Positions 61,481 to 64,000 of a stretch of DNA of 64,000 nucleotides are shown here, piece by piece; position 1 is the first letter of the stretch, and every line of letters starts with the position of its first letter. The stretch is from assembly GCA_963796955.1 (NCBI GenBank), contig CAWCNJ010000006.1, forward strand, positions 1-64,000, written 5' to 3'. A program made the translations under genes and the position numbers. The notes under the pieces were generated by a model that worked only from the letters and a program-made list of their open reading frames with translations, had not been told where the DNA came from and ran no database searches. The DNA comes from Endomicrobiales bacterium. GTDB taxonomy: Bacteria > Elusimicrobiota > Endomicrobiia > Endomicrobiales > JALOBY01.

Positions 61481-61514
61481 TAACGTTCAATTGAAGCTAC
61501 TCTCAGGAGTCTAT

Positions 61515-62723
61515 ATGGCAACGATCCGTCCGTTCAACGGTGTGCGCTACAACGCTGGCGAAATAACCAAACTTATCTGCCCCCCCTATGACGTGATCTC
61601 TCCGGAGGAGAAGGTGCGCCTCAAGAAAAGATCACCGGCTAATATGGTTGCCATAGAGCTGTCCGATGCCTCCGGTGGACGGAACAAATATCAGAACGCG
61701 GCTGCCCTGTTCAAACAATGGCAGCACAAGGGCATTATGGTGGAAGACGGCATACCCTCATTCTATCTGTACGAACAGGCTTTTAACGATCACGGCAAAA
61801 AGGCCGTGCGCACCGGCTTCTTCGCTTCGCTGAAACTGGAGAACCCGCATACCGGCGCGGTAAAGCCCCACGAAAAAACACTGGCAAAACCAAAGGCCGA
61901 CCGTCTCAGCCTTTTACGCGCGGTCAAGGCGAACCTCAGTCCGATCTTCGGCCTGTTCGGCGACAAAAAAGCGGTTTTCGCCGGTATCAGCGCAAAGATC
62001 AAACGCACCGCCCCGGATGCCACGGCGAAAGACAGTGAAGGCACCGTTCATAAACTCTGGCGCCTGGAAGACGCTCCTCAATGCAAGGCGCTTATGAAAC
62101 TGCTTGCCGGCCAGAATGTTTTTATCGCCGACGGCCATCACCGCTATGAGACCGCCTGGAATTATGCGCAGGAAATGGCCAAAAAGAACGGTAAGCAGCC
62201 GGATGCCGAATATAATTACGTAATGACCTTTCTGTGCCCCATGCAGGATAAGGGTCTGGTGATCTGGCCCACGCACCGCGTAGCAGGAATGCCTTCGGGG
62301 CTTCAAGAAAATATAGCAAAGAACTTCAATATTCTAACTGAGTCAGATTTCAAGAAACTGTCTCAGAAGAACCCGCAGCCGCTTAAGTTGGTAATTAATG
62401 GCAAAGCTTCGACACTTACCGTTAAGAATAAGAACATCCTTACTAACGCCATGCCGGACAAATGCAGCGCGTACAGGGAACTGGGCGTAAGCATTTTGCA
62501 TTCCCTGCTTTTCGCGAATGTGGACCCGGCTTCCATAACGTACGTAAAAGATGAAAAAGAGGCTGTTGCGCTTGCTAAAAAAACATGCCGCATCGCGGTG
62601 ATAGTACCGCCCACGCCCATGAAGGCGATAGAAGATATCGCGCTTGCCGGCCAGGTAATGCCGCAAAAATCCACCTATTTTTTCCCGAAAGTTGCGACCG
62701 GCATAGTGATCCATAAGGTGTAA
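61515..62723 (+). CDS. DUF1015 family protein
   Basis: PPYDVIS, PHEKT, IADGHHRY, MPQKSTYFFPK; AGGAG RBS. Confidence 0.93.
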   Translation: MATIRPFNGVRYNAGEITKLICPPYDVISPEEKVRLKKRSPANMVAIELSDASGGRNKYQNAAALFKQWQHKGIMVEDGIPSFYLYEQAFNDHGKKAVRTGFFASLKLENPHTGAVKPHEKTLAKPKADRLSLLRAVKANLSPIFGLFGDKKAVFAGISAKIKRTAPDATAKDSEGTVHKLWRLEDAPQCKALMKLLAGQNVFIADGHHRYETAWNYAQEMAKKNGKQPDAEYNYVMTFLCPMQDKGLVIWPTHRVAGMPSGLQENIAKNFNILTESDFKKLSQKNPQPLKLVINGKASTLTVKNKNILTNAMPDKCSAYRELGVSILHSLLFANVDPASITYVKDEKEAVALAKKTCRIAVIVPPTPMKAIEDIALAGQVMPQKSTYFFPKVATGIVIHKV

Positions 62724-63188
62724 ATGTATAACTCAGTAGATATTATTTGCGCCGCGGCCCTGTTGGTGCTGGGGCTGTTCGGGTACCACACGGGCGCTAT
62801 CGCCAGCGTATTTTATTTGATCAGCGGTTTTGCCGGTGTTTTCGTGGCGCAGAAGTTTTCCGCCACGCTGCACGTCCCCTTTGCCGTATTGTTCCTTGCC
62901 GTTACCCTGGGGCTGATCGCCTTCGGCATTTTCTCCCGGGCGATGGCGCGTTTATTCCTGCTGGGGTTTTTCGACCGGTTGGTCGGGTTCGGTATCGGTG
63001 TTGTGCTTGGCATTTTTTTACTTGCCGTTGTTCTTGCGCCCGGTGCAGAGAAATTTTCGCAGTCAGTAAAAGACAAAGTGCATGCGTCGTACGTATCAAA
63101 ACGGCTGCTGCCGCTGGTAATGGCAAAATTGCCGGGCTTGAAAGATGTGTCTGAAACCGTTTGTAAAACGGGGGGAATATGCAAGTAA
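62724..63188 (+). CDS. cvpA: CvpA family membrane protein
   Basis: N.VDII, G...G, DRLVG..IG pattern; about 4 TMs. Confidence 0.75.
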   Translation: MYNSVDIICAAALLVLGLFGYHTGAIASVFYLISGFAGVFVAQKFSATLHVPFAVLFLAVTLGLIAFGIFSRAMARLFLLGFFDRLVGFGIGVVLGIFLLAVVLAPGAEKFSQSVKDKVHASYVSKRLLPLVMAKLPGLKDVSETVCKTGGICK

Positions 63189-63721
63189 GGATAAAGAACA
63201 CTGCGCTGCAAATTAAACACGACGATCTGCTGAACGTGGCTTGCGATGTTATAGTCAACCCGGTAACACCCGATCTGTGGATGAAAAAAGGTCTTTCGGC
63301 CGCGATACTGGCCAGGGGCGGAGACCAGATAGCCAAAGAAGCGGCGGCATGCCACTATGTGGAATTCGGCGAGATCTGCAAAACCTCGGCGGGGCTGCTG
63401 CCGTTCAAGGCCATATACCACGCCTCCGTCATACCACACGACGCCCAGGTGAACCGCGAGGCTATTTCAAAAGCGGTCTCACGGTGTCTGCAGCAGGCGG
63501 AAAGCGACGGTTTTTTAAGTATCGCGATACCCATGTTGAGCTCCGCGATGGCCAAAGTGCCGTACGACACGTACGCGGGTATCATGCTGACGACCGGCAT
63601 TGAATATCTGATGCATGCCGAATCGAAGATAAACCATGTCATATTCTGTTCGTTTAACCCGGATTCGTATAACGCGTTCGTCGCCCAATTAAAAGTTTTG
63701 CGTCAGGAATACTTAATATAA
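63179..63721 (+). CDS. Macro-domain protein (divergent)
   Basis: DDLL..CDVIVNP, GLSAAI..RGG, IYHA, SIAIP. Confidence 0.85.
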   Translation: MQVRIKNTALQIKHDDLLNVACDVIVNPVTPDLWMKKGLSAAILARGGDQIAKEAAACHYVEFGEICKTSAGLLPFKAIYHASVIPHDAQVNREAISKAVSRCLQQAESDGFLSIAIPMLSSAMAKVPYDTYAGIMLTTGIEYLMHAESKINHVIFCSFNPDSYNAFVAQLKVLRQEYLI

Positions 63722-63730
63722 GAGGATGCC

Positions 63731-64000
63731 ATGAAAAAACTAAAGCTGGGTTTGCCTAAGGGAAGTTTGCAGGAATCTACGACGGAGTTGTTCCGCAAGG
63801 CGGGCATCAAGATATCTACGACCAGCCGCTCTTATTTTCCGGCCTGCGATGATGAAGAAGTCGAGATCATGATGGTGCGCAGCCAGGAAATGGCAAAATA
63901 CGTGGAAGACGGCGTGTTCGACGCGGGCCTTACCGGCCACGACTGGATCTGCGAGACCGGTGCGAAGGTGACCGAGGTCGCGGAACTGCTGTACGCGAAA
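63731..64000 (+). CDS. hisG: ATP phosphoribosyltransferase (3'-truncated by window edge)
   Basis: [13 protein letters not shown]...[30 protein letters not shown]. Absent from the ORF track because it runs off the window. Confidence 0.95.
   Translation, partial: MKKLKLGLPKGSLQESTTELFRKAGIKISTTSRSYFPACDDEEVEIMMVRSQEMAKYVEDGVFDAGLTGHDWICETGAKVTEVAELLYAK

Noticed and set aside
1..64000. tRNA/rRNA genes
   Set aside because: No cloverleaf with T-loop or rRNA signature was found in the short intergenic regions.

Overview
Bacterial window with two parts. Gene content suggests a diderm, possibly Elusimicrobiota/Omnitrophota-like organism; this is inference only. (1) Bases 1-41734 hold three tandem, same-strand giant paralogous genes. 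The first is >4600 codons, 5'-truncated and broken by two apparent +1 frameshifts; the others are 4036 aa and 5117 aa. They share a conserved N-terminal signal plus EreA/ChaN/Tiki-like domain (seen in the two complete genes) and a conserved ~850-aa C-terminal region ending in AA/AG. Between these lies a variable string of cargo domains: UDPGP-like, glucan synthase/phosphorylase-like, cytidylate kinase, GT2, DUF218, kinase-like, beta-barrel-like and lipoprotein-like. The cargo is punctuated by about 10 copies of a module with E..FxxxH..HxxxN motifs and LT(L/F/I)P boundary motifs. This looks like a polymorphic, possibly self-processing polyprotein system. (2) Bases 41812-64000 are housekeeping and envelope genes: aminotransferase, rplU-rpmA-obgE, GT-C/TPR, VanZ, PilZ, Ccs system II, PBP1A, a two-component/GGDEF/LysM-FecR cluster, M23 peptidase, DUF1015, CvpA, a macro-domain protein and partial hisG. 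Non-coding highlights are a three-copy covarying RNA motif before rplU (two copies) and obgE, a rod-like hairpin between rpmA and obgE, in-frame heptamer/nonamer repeat insertions, and REP-like palindromes. All domain calls are by eye from motifs; no searches were run.
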